DNA of 63,809 bases, filler included, from Octopus bimaculoides (GCF_001194135.2; 7 parts of 6 records of this genome joined end to end with filler, not necessarily neighbours in it), one strand, 5' to 3'. Positions 24,896-37,527 are shown, numbered from the whole stretch's first letter. Translations and numbers: made by a program. The notes: a model not told the origin generated them from the letters alone.

Positions 24896-25345
24896 AAGAA
24901 CTACAATAATGAGACGTTTCACTCATCTTGCATACATTGTATCCAGAGCAAGCTTCCTTGTAACTGGTGCTTCAAAGAATATTTATGCATCACAAACAGG
25001 ACGGAAAAACAGTTCAGATATTGTTCTTGGAAATGCCTATACCGGATCAAAATTATATCCACGGATTGAATAAGATTCAGCTGTCATATCTGTTGCCTCT
25101 GGTACTGAGGAAAGCGTTTCCTTGAAGGCAATGCGCTTAAAAAATTTCCAAACAGATATCAAATGTAAATTCAAACTGAACATGAAGTTACATGCCACTA
25201 AAATAAGCACAGACAAAATCGTTTCGGATCCAGTTTCATTTTCATATAAGTCATATTTTCATATCAGCCAGATGTTCCTTACTGAAATATCGAAATGTGC
25301 CACTTGAGATTACATGGGACTCCAAATTCAACAATGACAAGCCGT
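24896..25345 (+). pseudogene. Plexin-like exon remnant (PSI domain + following TIG-like domain), frameshifted and with an in-frame stop
   Basis: Manual translation. Frame from 24896 gives HSSCIHCIQSKLPCNWCFKEYLC (plexin PSI pattern CxxCxxSxxPCxWCxxxxxC). After a 1-nt shift in the A5 run (25005-25009): ENSSDIVLG...YPRIE*DSAVISVASGTEESVSLKAMRLKNFQTDIKCKF...VSDPVSFSY. After a second shift: RNVPLEITWDSKFNNDKP, resembling plexin-A LPVELTVVWNGxFNIDNP. TAA at 25071-25073. Acceptor-like AGs at 24880-24881 and 24894-24895. Confidence 0.7.
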
Positions 25346-25794
25346 CTTTATAGGACTACATTTTTGCTTGCTTTCTGCTTTTCACAAAATTGTAGTAAGA
25401 TTTAAGAGAAATATGGTTGTTATTTCTAGTTGGCTGCATAACGATGCAGAACCTTTCTCATTGGCTCATCTGTGAGGAACGTTTCTCAAGAAGGTATTTC
25501 ATGATTAATTATGTGATATGACATGTTGAAGCCTCATTTACGTAAGACAATTTGTATTTTTGCTTCTTTCTTTTCTTTGCTAATAATTAACACTAAAAAA
25601 ATCAAATCAAATAAAGAACAAAATAGCTTAAATGACTTCATTAAAATATTTTCAGACTGATACCCTTCAGCAGTGGTGACAGTGGGGGAAACTGAAATTA
25701 CACCAGACAATTAGTTATAGTTGCTGACGACTATTTGGCACCTTTGGTATCATATCACAAAAAGACTAAGAAATAGTAGTATAACCAATTGTTA

Positions 25795-26195
25795 AGTGTC
25801 GGTGTGAGGTAAGAGGTTTTGCTTGCCAAGCACGTAGTTCCAGGTTAAGTCCAACTGAGTGGCACTTCTACTATAGTCTTGGCCGACCAAAGTCTTGTGA
25901 GTGCATTTGCTAGACGGAAACTGAAAGAAGTCCGTTGTTTCTTTGTGTGTTTGTGTGTGTGTGTGTGTGTATGTGTGTGTGACTTTGTGTTTTTGTCCCC
26001 ACCACCACAGCTTGACGACCGTTGGTGCATTTATGTTCCCCGCATATTAGCTGTTCAGCAAAAGGGACAGAAGTGATAAGTGCCATTCTTGAAAAATTCA
26101 TAAGAATTGGGGTAGAATCGTTCGACTAAAATTCTTCGAGGTGCCCCAGCATGGTCGCTGTCTAATAACTGAAACAACTAAAAGATAAAAGGATA
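25795..26195 (+). mobile_element. SINE family B, diverged
   Basis: Head, GACGGAAACTGAAAGAAG, (GT)n, tail CCCCAGCATGG...ACTGAAACAA. Confidence 0.8.
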
Positions 26196-26367
26196 AATCG
26201 TTGTTATTTAATTATAGTCTTTGATAGATACAGACACAACTGTATGATTTGCAAGCTCTTTTGGTTTAGTTCTACTGTGAAGTAACTTGACAACTTTCTT
26301 TTCTACTTACCCAAGGTGCCATGTAGTGGAACTGAACCCAGAAACAGTATATATGTATATATATTGT

Positions 26368-26640
26368 GAAGGCGCATGTCTTAGTGGTTAGGGCGTTGCT
26401 CTCACGATTGCGAGATTGTGGGTTCTATTCCCATACCTGTCGTTGCGTTGTGTTCTTCAGCAAAGCACTTCATTTCACGTTGCTCTGCGATCATTTCGAC
26501 ATCTGACATGCGGCACCCAGTTGCACCTGTACAGGTAATTTCGACTTGGAGTGAGCTTATGTCTACGCAAACATTTGATCACTATAAACAAATCATCTGT
26601 GTGGTTATTCAGTAAGAAATTGTCGAATCCTTGTATGTCG
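26368..26640 (+). mobile_element. SINE, family D-type head
   Basis: GGCGCATGTCTTAGTGGTTAGGG...GGGTTCTATTCCC...TTCAGCAAAGCACTTCATTTCACGTTGCTC. Confidence 0.7.
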
Positions 26641-26659
26641 TCTAACGATGGGAGAATCC

Positions 26660-26817
<158 letters not shown>

Positions 26818-28051
26818 AAAGTCATTATTTAATGATTTATCGGTGGCCAGCGTACTGAAAAGACCATAATGCTAATATTTAGGTACAATCATACAGTATA
26901 ATTATAATAAGAGCGCTGAGACTACAACGCCTGTACACTAGAAGTAGTCCCCGAATGGTCCACAATCCATTTAAGTTATAACTCCATTACCACAAGGCTG
27001 TATGCGAGGAAAATGGACAGAAGGGATTTATAAAATATTGTGGACAACACTATATCTCAAGATTTCTTGGTTTACGATAGTAAAATCGTTTTCTACTCCT
27101 CAGTAGTGTAAACCGATCCTAAATAAATGAGACGTACATATACATATCACAAACACAGTCGTACAAATACGAGCATGTACATGTATTTCACATATATATA
27201 CAAAGCAAATTAACCATTATGGTCTTGCTAGTACGCTAGCCACAGATAAGTCATTAAATAATGACATTATCCTGTTTATGTATAAATATATATTAATTCA
27301 CTCCGTAAATATATTTGCTGCAGAATTATTCTGAGTAAGTAACCGCATGGCTGAAATGTACGTTCGGGATTTTGCTCCTACAGCATCCACTGATACCTGA
27401 TAACAACTGCGTAACCATATGATGCAAATTCCAGATTATGCTATTTTTGTTTGGAAGAAATTTTGTGTATATTACCTGGGGCGATGGTGCAAAACAGGTG
27501 ACTGGGGCAAAATGAGTAATTTCTAATTTCTCGTTATTTTCTTTGTACCTGTTTGAAACCATTATATTGCAAGGATTGCATCATCATTTTGTACTGTTGC
27601 ATCATCTTTGGGAGTATAAATTAGTCAGAATAGTTGTTGCTGTTGTTGTTGTTGTTAAAGATACGAGGGTTTGAAACATAATCAGATGACAGGTACTTTT
27701 TTCGAGATTTTTTATTCCTCATCTTTAACCCGATTGTAATTGGGGTTGCTAATAAAATATTCTTTTCTCTGTTGGATTCCAAATCATTTTTTTTCACACT
27801 CATGTCTAATTTGATAATTTTCAATTTTCAAAAAGTGATGTCTAAATTATGGCAAAATTAGTAATGACTAATTTCAATAATTTCTTCTCCTTAACTGCAT
27901 GTTGTGTAAACACATCAGAAATAGAGCTACTCCAGCAGATCGTGAAGAATCTATAAAGAATAATTTATGTTGAGTTTTTAGATTTAATCGAGTTGTGTTA
28001 ATTTCATATCGAATCCCATTTTTCCATGATTCTCCTTCATTCGACCAATAT

Positions 28052-28456
28052 CTTTTTACTTTTTTACTTGTTTCAGTCATTTGACTGCGGCCTTGCTGGA
28101 GCGCCGCCTTTAGTCGAGAAAATCGACCTCAGGACTTATTCTTTGTAAGCCTAGTACTTATTCTATCGGTCTCTTTTTGCCGAACCGTTAAGTTACGGGT
28201 ACGTAAACACACCAGCATCGGTTGTCAAGCGATGTTGGGGGGACACACAGAGACACACAAACACACATATATACATATATATACACATATATACGACGGG
28301 CTTCTTTTAGTTTACATCTACCAAATCCACTCACAAAGCTTTGGTCGGCCCGAGGCTATAGTAGAAGACACTTGCCCAAGGTGCCACACAGTGGGACTGA
28401 ACCTGGAACCATGTGGTTGGTAAGCAAGCTACTTATCACACAGCCACTCCTGCGCC
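28052..28456 (-). mobile_element. SINE family B, full length
   Basis: Near-consensus reverse complement from GGGCGCAGGAGTGGCTG to the AAACAAGTAAAA tail. Confidence 0.92.
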
Positions 28457-29023
28457 CACTAAAATTTTTGTTGCATTTCTGATATTTCTTGTGTCTAAGG
28501 ATAGATATTGATTTGTATGAGTATTTTTTTCAGTTGTGCTTCTGGAGAACTTAAAGAGGCAGATTTACCATATCTTGCGTTACTCATTTAGCCCCATCTA
28601 AATTGGTCTTTTATATGCTCAAAGAGAACGGTGATAATTTTCTGCAATAATGTTCTGAATATGTTATAGTGATTTTAATGTATTGAGAGAAAGGTAGTGA
28701 ACATTAAAAAAAAACAAAATGCAGTAAATGTTACTTACAATGCCCTACCATCTATCCAAAGAAGGAATAATTAACAGGCATTCGGTGCTTGTTACGAAAT
28801 GTAACCATAGATTTGGAAAAACTTTCAGTAAATACAGGAGAATGATTAATTATTTTAGTAGCATCTAATATCCATCTCGGAAAACTTCCAAACAGTATTT
28901 CAAAATTAAGTACCTAGAATATAATATAATATAATATGATATAATATAATATAATATAATATAATNNNNNNNNNNAATATAATATAATATAATATAATAT
29001 AATATAATATAATATAATATAAC

Positions 29024-29060
<37 letters not shown>

Positions 29061-29349
29061 AATGTAATATAATATAATATATGAATAGATACTGCATTTC
29101 GAAGAAATATACGTCAGTATATATGAACATTTGACTTTCGCTATATTTAATGCATGCATCTACACACCTTTATGTATACATGTATATGTAAATACATACA
29201 TATGTATGCATATATATATNNNNNNNNNNNNNNNNNNNNNNNNNNNNNNNNNNNNNNNNNNNNNNNNNNNNNNNNNNNNNNNNNNNNNNNNNNNNNNNNN
29301 NNNNNNNNNNNNNNNNNNNTGTGTGTATGTATGTATATGTATATATAGT

Positions 29350-29530
29350 TGAAATTTACAGGAAGAAAAGACGAAGACAGGTGTATGAATAACTAGCACG
29401 TGTAGTAGTTTGATGCTCAGGAAAGTGAGAAAGTTTCATTAAGGTTTCAAGCGTACGCTATTCAAGAGAAAGGAATAAGAGAAAATAAACAGAGAGAATG
29501 AAAACACTTGTGGATTTAGCTTCAAGGCAT
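29350..29530 (-). mobile_element. Penelope-type terminal-repeat-like fragment
   Basis: Reverse-complement similarity to 46915-47095 (gaaatttacagga.aaaagacgaagacaggtg...tttcaagcgtacgctattcaa). Confidence 0.45.
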
Positions 29531-29689
29531 GACAGAAGTAAGTAGACACCGTTATATCATTAAATTTTATCTAAATCTGAAATGATACATTCAAATTATT
29601 CATTGATTGTTATAATGTGAATACTTAATATTTAGTAGACATGTCCCTTGAATTTTTCAACGCAAGGATCTTATTAGGCGCGTTACTAA

Positions 29690-30660
29690 GCGATCATATG
29701 ACGAATATTCTCTTACGGAATTTCTCGCCAGGTTTCAAGCAGTAATCTCAAAAGATCTGGCTTTGAAGATGCTTTGTTGTTCTTCTTATGAAGTGTTTTG
29801 TCCATTACGTCCCAGAAGTGTTCAATAGGGTTTATATCTGGTGATTGGCTTGGCCATAGAAGCTTTTTAATACAATTCTCATCTAACAAATCTTGGGCCA
29901 TTTTAGCCGTGTGACAAGGAGCCCTTCTCCCATAAATAACGAGTCTTCTTTGGCCATTTCACCACTGGAGAAGATTTGGAGGAGTCCTTTCTTATTTTTT
30001 TACTGCTTACAAGGGACTACACACAGAGGGGACAAACAAGGACATACAAACGAATTAAGTCGGTTATATCGACCCCAGTGCGTAGCTGGTACTTATTTAA
30101 TCGACCCCGAAAGGATGAAAGGCAAAGTCGACCTCAGCGGAATTTGAACTCAACGTAACGGCAGACGAAATACCGCTAAGTATTTCGCCCGGCGTGCTAA
30201 CGTTTTTGCCAGCTCGCCGCCTAAGCTCGCCGCCTAAGCTCGCCTGGAGGAGTCCTTTCTGCAATATGGACACATTTGTCTGAGTTTATGTTTCCCTCAC
30301 ACTCCACCAGCTCTCCACCATCTCACTGGCCCAATCTTTTCTGCGCTTGATGTTGGCTTGTGGAAGATATGGCTTCCTTCTTGCTGCTCTGCCATAGTAA
30401 CCAAGTTTATGGAGATACCTGGCATCTGTTCTGGGACTGATATTAACTTGTTCTGCTATATCAGAAGACTTGTGACGAGTGCTATCCTCCACACCTCTCT
30501 TAACAAAGAGAAGGATCCTATCAGAAGGCCCTGGTTGATCTAGGTGAGGTGATATGGACTCCTTCTCTCTGGTGAATTGCGCAATCACTACATTAACTGT
30601 AGAAATCGGGACTATATCCATCTCCAGAATGACCCACAATACGGCTTCTTTGAAATTCAG
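29690..30660 (-). mobile_element. Tc1-family transposase remnant, interrupted by SINE A
   Basis: ISPRTDARYLHKLGYYGRAARRKPYL..ANIKRRKDWA (DNA-binding linker) and LLWPSQSPDINPIEHFWDVM (Tc1 WPxQSPDLNPIE motif). Confidence 0.9.
29993..30244 (-). mobile_element. SINE family A inserted in Tc1, 16-bp TSD
   Basis: TGGAGGAGTCCTTTCT at 29977-29992 and 30245-30260. Confidence 0.92.
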
Positions 30661-30842
30661 ACAGTTCCAAGGCCTCTTTTGTACATGGCGGGATTAAACA
30701 GTCACATATAGAACCTGAAACATAAAAAAATGTCTATTAATAAAAGATATACAGCTTTACAAGTGAGAATGAACATAAAACAATGTTTTATGGAGTGTCT
30801 ATTTACTTCCGTCGTGTCTGTACATATGTAAGTATGTATGTC

Positions 30843-30934
<92 letters not shown>

Positions 30935-31650
30935 NNNNNNNNNNNNNNNNNNNNNNNNNNNNNNNNNNNNNNNNNNNNNNNNNNNNNNNNNNNNNNNNNN
31001 NNNNNNNNNNNNNNNNNNNNNNNNNNNNNNNNNNNNNNNNNNNNNNNNNNNNNNNNNNNNNNNNNNNNNNNNNNNNNNNNNNNNNNNNNNNNNNNNNNNN
31101 NNNNNNNNNNNNNNNNNNNNNNNNNNNNNNNNNNNNNNNNNNNNNNNNNNNNNNNNNNNNNNNNNNNNNNNNNNNNNNNNNNNNNNNNNNNNNNNNNNNN
31201 NNNNNNNNNNNNNNNNNNNNNNNNNNNNNNNNNNNNNNNNNNNNNNNNNNNNNNNNNNNNNNNNNNNNNNNNNNNNNNNNNNNNNNNNNNNNNNNNNNNN
31301 NNNNNNNNNNNNNNNNNNNNNNNNNNNNNNNNNNNNNNNNNNNNNNNNNNNNNNNNNNNNNNNNNNNNNNNNNNNNNNNNNNNNNNNNNNNNNNNNNNNN
31401 NNNNNNNNNNNNNNNNNNNNNNNNNNNNNNNNNNNNNNNNNNNNNNNNNNNNNNNNNNNNNNNNNNNNNNNNNNNNNNNNNNNNNNNNNNNNNNNNNNNN
31501 NNNNNNNNNNNNNNNNNNNNNNNNNNNNNNNNNNNNNNNNNNNNNNNNNNNNNNNNNNNNNNNNNNNNNNNNNNNNNNNNNNNNNNNNNNNNNNNNNNNN
31601 NNNNNNNNNNNNNNNNNNNNNNNNNNNNTATATTATATATATATGTATAC

Positions 31651-31700
<50 letters not shown>

Positions 31701-32368
31701 TGTGTGTGTGAGAATTTGTCTGTCGTTTACTATTATGCCATGAGAATCAGTGTTTGATTCTCTGGACATTCGAAATCTTTTTAATTAATCTCCTGATTTA
31801 TTTCTTCAATACTAGAGAAGTAACACATTTTCACTTTTGTCTATCTAGAAAAATGTCTGTGTCTGCGTGTCTAAGAGAGTGGGAGAATATGATAGATAGC
31901 ATTAATAACAGTTCACACTCAGCAAAATGTAGGCGTAAATCTATGACCGACAAATCTAGATTAACACACAGCAATAATAAATTACACAGTGAATACAAAC
32001 TAGCGTGTCCAACTACCTTAATACACCAGAGCTGACATTGAATATTAGTGGATACAGAAAGAGCTTTTATCATAAATGTTTCCATTATTTGTGTGTTCAT
32101 TTATTTAATTATTTATTCATTCCTTTATTCGCTTGTTCTCTACGATCCATCATATTTCTTGACCAGCTTATTTGAATTTGTGATTTCTTATGTATTTGTT
32201 TATTCTTTAATTATGCTATGCGAATGAAGCGATAAGAACATTTGTGACGAAGGGTAAACATTCTTAGGAATACAAGCTAAGTCAGTAAATGGTTTTTATA
32301 CTTAAACCTGATGAGTAGAAACTTTGCCTTAATAGTATAAAAATAATGATGCAATATTTTGCTACACT

Positions 32369-32429
<61 letters not shown>

Positions 32430-32434
<5 letters not shown>

Positions 32435-32648
32435 CCTTTCTACTGTAGACACAAGACCTGAAATTTTGGGGAGGGGACTAGTCGATTACATCGACCCCAG
32501 TGTGTCACTGGTATTTAACTTATTGACCCCGAAAAGATGAACGGCAAAATCGACCTCGGTGGAATTTGAATTCAGAACGTAGCGACGGGCGAAATACTGA
32601 TAAGCATTTCGTCCCACGTGCTTACTATTATGCCAGCTCACCAACTTA
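32430..32648 (-). mobile_element. SINE family A
   Basis: Reverse-complement family A with (TAA)n tail tract. Confidence 0.85.
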
Positions 32649-32905
32649 ATAATAATNNNNNNNNNNNNNNNNNNNNNNNNNNNNNNNNNNNNNNNNNNNN
32701 TTAATTAATTAANNNNNNNNNNNNNNNNNNNNNNNNNNNNNNNNNNNNNNNNNNNNGTGTGTGTGTATCAATTATTCCATGAACAAGTGAATAACCCGCA
32801 TATATATCCAGCAGCATAATGACTTTTGCACCAGTATTATTTCGGATTCTTCCACTCAGATTCTTGCGAAGGGCGCACCAAGCACTTTAAAACAATAAAG
32901 ATACG

Positions 32906-32956
<51 letters not shown>

Positions 32957-33749
32957 ACACGCATATGCATTTATATACACATATTTAATTTATTCATCCA
33001 CGAACATACCACACGAACATACCACACGAACATACCACATTTAATTATGAATATCTTAATTGGAAAGTATATAAATGTCGCCCCCTTTTGGGTGTTTTGG
33101 TTTTGTATCTATTTCCGTATATTTTGGCACAAACGAAAGGCGGTGCTCCAGCATGACCGCAGCCTCTGGCTGAATCTAATAACAGAATAAAAGGCTGTGT
33201 GCTTTTTTACAAATTTGTACAAACGCGCGCGCGTGTGTGTACGAGCGCATATATATACGAAAGCGTATGTATGTATGTTTATGAGCTTGTGGGAAGAACA
33301 TGCCTGGTATGTATATATGTAAGTGTATCTATATATCTAAGTGTATGTGCATATATGTAACTGTATGTATATATGTAAGTGTACGAGTATTTGCGTATTA
33401 TTGAACAAAAATATCTGATGAAAAGTGGTGTTAATGGATGACGAAAAATCAAGCTTTGTATAATTAAAATTTTACTGAAAAATCCAATGAAATTTGAATA
33501 ATTTAAATGATAATTTTACACAGAGAAATTGGCTATAAGATTTCATGAGAAAAGACAGCGAAATTGCCGGGGTAGGGATCAGTCAGGCTCTCTCGATAGC
33601 GAAAATATTCTTGGATTAAAAATTAGTTAGAATCTGAAATGTAAATTGATTCATCCTGCATTTTGGTAAAAATATGAAATTTTAAACAGTAACCGGTGAC
33701 AGAGAAATATATCGTTAAAGAGGCTTCGTTTAAGTCCCCAAAACAGTTA

Positions 33750-33815
<66 letters not shown>

Positions 33816-33867
33816 CATCATCATCATTATTATTATTATTATTATTATTATCATTATTATTATTATT

Positions 33868-34087
33868 AAGGCAACGAGCGGGTAGAATCGTTAGTTAGCA
33901 CGCTGGGCGAAATGCTTAGAGGTATTTCGTCTGTCTTTACGTTCTGAGTTCAAATTCTGCCAAGGTCGACTTTGCCTTTTATCATTTCGGAGTTGATAAA
34001 TTAAGTGCCAGTTGCGTACTGGGGTCGATGTAATCGATTTAACCCCCTCCCCCAAAATTTCAGGCCTTGTGCCTGTGGTAGAAAGGA
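33868..34087 (+). mobile_element. SINE family A
   Basis: Head, B box GAGTTCAAATTC and tail GGCCTTGTGCCTGTGGTAGAAAGG followed by (ATT)n. Confidence 0.85.
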
Positions 34088-35181
34088 TTATTATTATTAT
34101 TATTATTATTACCATTAATTATATATACCACCACTAGCCATCGTATGGAGGGTAGAGGGTAGTAGTACACTCTGTGACGTCACAATCATATCAGAAAAAT
34201 GATTACAGTTTGACGATAGCTGAACAAATTGCCCTTTTAAACAAGCTAAACAAGGCAATTTACCGACTGCCCCCAACGCGAACGATATTATCAGATAAGT
34301 CACTTGCAATCGATTCTTTGGTGGAGGACACGATTGTTATATAATTATTTGTGTTATTCAATATTATATTTATTTATTTACTTTTTACAACCCCCTATTC
34401 CTTCTTTTGTCCCTTTTGTAGCCAGAATAACATCCGTTCTTGTTTCGGGTTGTTTTTTTTTTTATTTCTTTTTGTACTTTTTTAATCTAATAGATCTAAT
34501 GAAGATAACAAGCAAATAACATTTAATGGCTGGCTGCTAATGGCCTGGAAAATTGGGCTTATGTTTTGCATATTTATTTTTGGAAGCAAGCTCTGGAGTT
34601 CTGATGTTGTTGCTGTTGTTGTTATTGTTGTAACACACCCACCTCGATATCAAACGTGAAAGAACAGATCTTAACTCAGACACATTCTACCCCCACGACT
34701 ATCCCATCTGTCAATGTTACGGACAATCCAGTGAGTTCCTTCTGTATTTTAAATATTAGGATGTGATTTGAGGTAGATTTCACTGCTATTTCTGACGGCT
34801 TATGCGACTGTGTATACATAAATATATATACACAGTCACATATACACATATATATTTGCGTGCGTGCGTGCGTAAGTGAGTGAGTGTGTATATTGTGTTT
34901 GTCCATTTCTGTGTGTGCGCTTAAAGTCGAGTCGTTCATATCCCGCAGTTTAGTAGTTCGAAAACAAGAGCGCGATAAAAGAAGCATCAGCGTTAAGTAA
35001 ATACTGGTGTCGCTGTGATAAACTAATTCATTAAAGATGTTGTCTACGAATGATCGCATCCGATGATCGAAACCATTGTAAAGAATATCAGGAAAGGTAC
35101 AGAGTAATTTAGTTCTCAATACTTAGTTGTGATAAACAAAACCTCATAAAAATAGTAAAAACACTAATTTTTAAGAAAAAG

Positions 35182-35188
35182 AAAAAAA
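35182..35188 (-). terminator. Pol III oligo-T terminator of the tRNA-Ala gene
   Basis: A7 on plus (T7 on minus) shortly 3' of the tRNA, followed by a further T5 run. Confidence 0.65.
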
Positions 35189-35204
35189 CGGAGGTTTCTA
35201 CTGC

Positions 35205-35276
35205 TGGAGATGCCGGGGATCGAACCCGGGACAGTTTACTTGCGAAGCAAACGCTCTTCCGCTGAGCTACATCCCC
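35205..35276 (-). tRNA. tRNA-Ala-CGC: tRNA-Ala (anticodon CGC), 72 nt, intronless
   Basis: Minus strand reads GGGGATG TA GCTC AGCGGAA GAGC G TTTGC TTCGCAA GTAAA CTGTC CCGGG TTCGATC CCCGG CATCTCC A. All four stems pair, the G3:U70 alanine identity pair and discriminator A are present, A and B boxes are present, and a T7 run lies about 16 nt downstream. Confidence 0.85.
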
Positions 35277-35504
35277 AACCACAATGTACCAATCATTCTA
35301 ATTTTATTTATGATGCTGGTTTTATTTGTGTGATCGATAACGGCAAATGAATTGACTTTGTGTTATTAAACTATATGTTTGCCAAATTTTATGTTCGCTG
35401 ACGATGTCGTAATAACACCGAAACATGTAAAGAGTTTTCTGCCGACCTAGCTGAGATCATTAACAATCAAAATTTTATTGACTATTAATATTTTTTTCTA
35501 CATC

Positions 35505-35915
35505 GGGTGTAGGAGTGGCTGTGTGGTAAGTAGCTTGCTTACGAATCACATGGTTCTGGGTTCAGTCCCACTGCGTGGCACATTGGGCAAGTGTCTTCTA
35601 CTATTGCCTCGGGCCGACCAAAGCCTTGTGAGTAGATTTGGTAGACGGAAACTGAAAGAAGCCCGTCGTATATATGTATATATATATATATGTATGTGTG
35701 TGTATATGTTTGTGTGTCTGTGTCCCTCCAACATCGCTTAACAACCGATGGTGGTGTGTTTAGGTCCCCGTAACCTAGCGGTTCGGCAAAAGAGTAGATA
35801 GAGTAAGTACTAGGCTTACAAAGAATAAGTCCTTGGATCGATTTGCTCGACTAAAGGCGGTGCTCCAGCATGGCCACAGTCAAATGACTGAAACAAGTAA
35901 AAGAGTAAAAGAGTA
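35505..35915 (+). mobile_element. SINE family B, full length
   Basis: tRNA-like head, CORE-like segment TTGGGCAAGTGTCTTCTACTAT.GCCTCGGG, central (TA/TG)n, LINE-type tail with (AAAGAGT)n. Confidence 0.92.
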
Positions 35916-36345
35916 TCACAATTTTATTTATTTAATTCTGCATTAACATATCTATGTTCGCTGATGATGTCATAATAATAAAGAAACACATACGGAGTTT
36001 TCACTCCTCTTTGCTGAAATCATTAACGTTAGAGACTAATGATATGTTTCTTCATCACATCATTCTCTTTTTTTTTTAACCCTGAATTGAACCCGTCACT
36101 TTTCGCATCGAGGCGACCGAATTTTCAGCAGGGCGTTCAACGACTACTTTGTAATATTATTTATTTTGTTAATATCAGTTTGTCGTTGATGAGAAATCAA
36201 GATATTTCAAGAATAAAACCCAAATGAAATTCTCTTGTGTTCTTTGACGTCTCCTTTGTAAATGTTTCGCAATTTCAGACCTTTAGGAATTCCATTTGTT
36301 TTCCTTTCTTTAATGTCTGTGAACAAAGCTTTATTATTATTATTA

Positions 36346-36400
<55 letters not shown>

Positions 36401-36889
36401 CATCATCATCATCAACATCATTATTCAGTAGTCTTATTTTTATCACGTGCTTTCACTGCACTACCGAGCGCAGCTCTATGTGCCTTGGTTATGTGCTGTG
36501 GTTTGTTGTTATTTTCACTGTATTGAAAATGCTTTACGTAGGATGTGTGCGGTGCTTAGTGCTATTTGTTGTAATTTATATATATTCATAAGTCCTGGTG
36601 TTTTGGTTATACATATAAGTCTACATGTTTTTCGATCATACCTAATACACCTATTAATAGTATAAGGATTGTTTCTGTTTTAGACACCTTATTCGGGTTA
36701 TCCCTATTTTCAGATCTTTGTATTTTGAGAGATTCTCCGATTCTTTAAGAGATACATTGTCATCTGTTGGGATTGATACGTCGATTAGAAAACATTTTTT
36801 CTTGATGATCTCTGACAACTATATCCGATCTATTAGCCTTGATCTCTCTATTTGTGTGTATTGGCATATTCCAGTATGATTGCTTTATC

Positions 36890-37010
36890 ATTATTACCTT
36901 TACCTTAGCGAAGGCGGAGGTACTGTTTTCAGTCGTGTTTGTTTGTTTGTCCGTCCGTGGACAAGATATCTCAAGAACCGCTGGATGGATTCGGATAAGA
37001 CTTTCAGGGG
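36890..37010 (+). mobile_element. DINE-1/Helentron-associated (HINE)-like 5' fragment
   Basis: TTATTACC...CGAAGGCGGAGGT.CTGTTTTCAGTCG then a GTTT/GTCC microsatellite and AAGATATCTCAAGAACCGCTGGATGGATT, matching the recalled DINE-1-like layout. Confidence 0.55.
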
Positions 37011-37169
37011 ACCCTAATTATTTATTAATTATTTATTTCTCTAACTTCTATATATGCATCCTTTATTACAACCTTTAATGTTGCTGTGTCTCCCTTTTCT
37101 TGATGTAAACCCCGCTTGTTTTGTGTGTTGTATCTCGTCATTTGTTAGTGTCCTCTTGTGTTTACACCT

Positions 37170-37320
37170 CCGAAACTTAGCGGTTCGGCAAAAGCGCGCG
37201 ATAGAATAAGCTCCAGACTTTAGAAAAATAAATACTGGAGTCGATTCATTCGACTAAATTGATTCAAGGGCGGTACCCCAGTATGGCCGAGGTCTAATGA
37301 CAGAAACAAGTAAAAGATTG
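37170..37320 (+). mobile_element. SINE family B, 3' half
   Basis: CTTAGCGGTTCGGCAAAAG...GATAGAATAAG...GGCGGTACCCCAGTATGGCC...GAAACAAGTAAAAG. Confidence 0.8.
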
Positions 37321-37334
37321 GTTAATAATGATTT

Positions 37335-37527
37335 GAAATTTTTTCCACGGGGGTAGCTTGGGGGAGAGAATTAAGTAGACCCCAGGGCGTAACCGGTACT
37401 TATTTAATTGACTCCGAAGGGACGAAAGGCAAAGTCGACCTCGGAGGAATTTGAACGCAAAACGTAAAGACTGACGAAACACCGCTAAGCATTTCACCCG
37501 GTGTGCTAACGATTCTGCCAACTCGCC
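37335..37527 (-). mobile_element. SINE family A
   Basis: GAAAGGCAAAGTCGACCTCGGAGGAATTTGAAC...GTGCTAACGATTCTGCCAACTCGCC on plus. Confidence 0.85.

Noticed and set aside
25056-25073. Idea that A-to-I editing rescues the plexin exon (TAT to TGT restoring Cys; TAA read as Trp)
   Set aside because: Editing could formally fix these two codons but cannot repair the two frameshifts or the AGT/TCG substitutions; no RNA data here.
25346-25430. PSI3-like FCFSQNCSKI*EKYGC continuation of the plexin exon
   Set aside because: The EKYGC bases overlap a dispersed repeat motif (AGA.ATTTGG.TGCTATTTCTAG) also seen at about 361, 2139 and 4505, so the match may be coincidental.
32307-32345. CTGATGAGTAGAAAC hammerhead-like core
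   Set aside because: No stem II and no pairing for stem I.
34173-34184. 12-bp palindrome TGTGACGTCACA containing a CRE site
   Set aside because: A single short motif in 64 kb is not evidence of function.
36075-36150. B-box-like GGGTTCAATTC (minus) and CGACTAC end, suggesting a tRNA-Ser remnant
   Set aside because: No cloverleaf can be formed and the terminator orientation is inconsistent.
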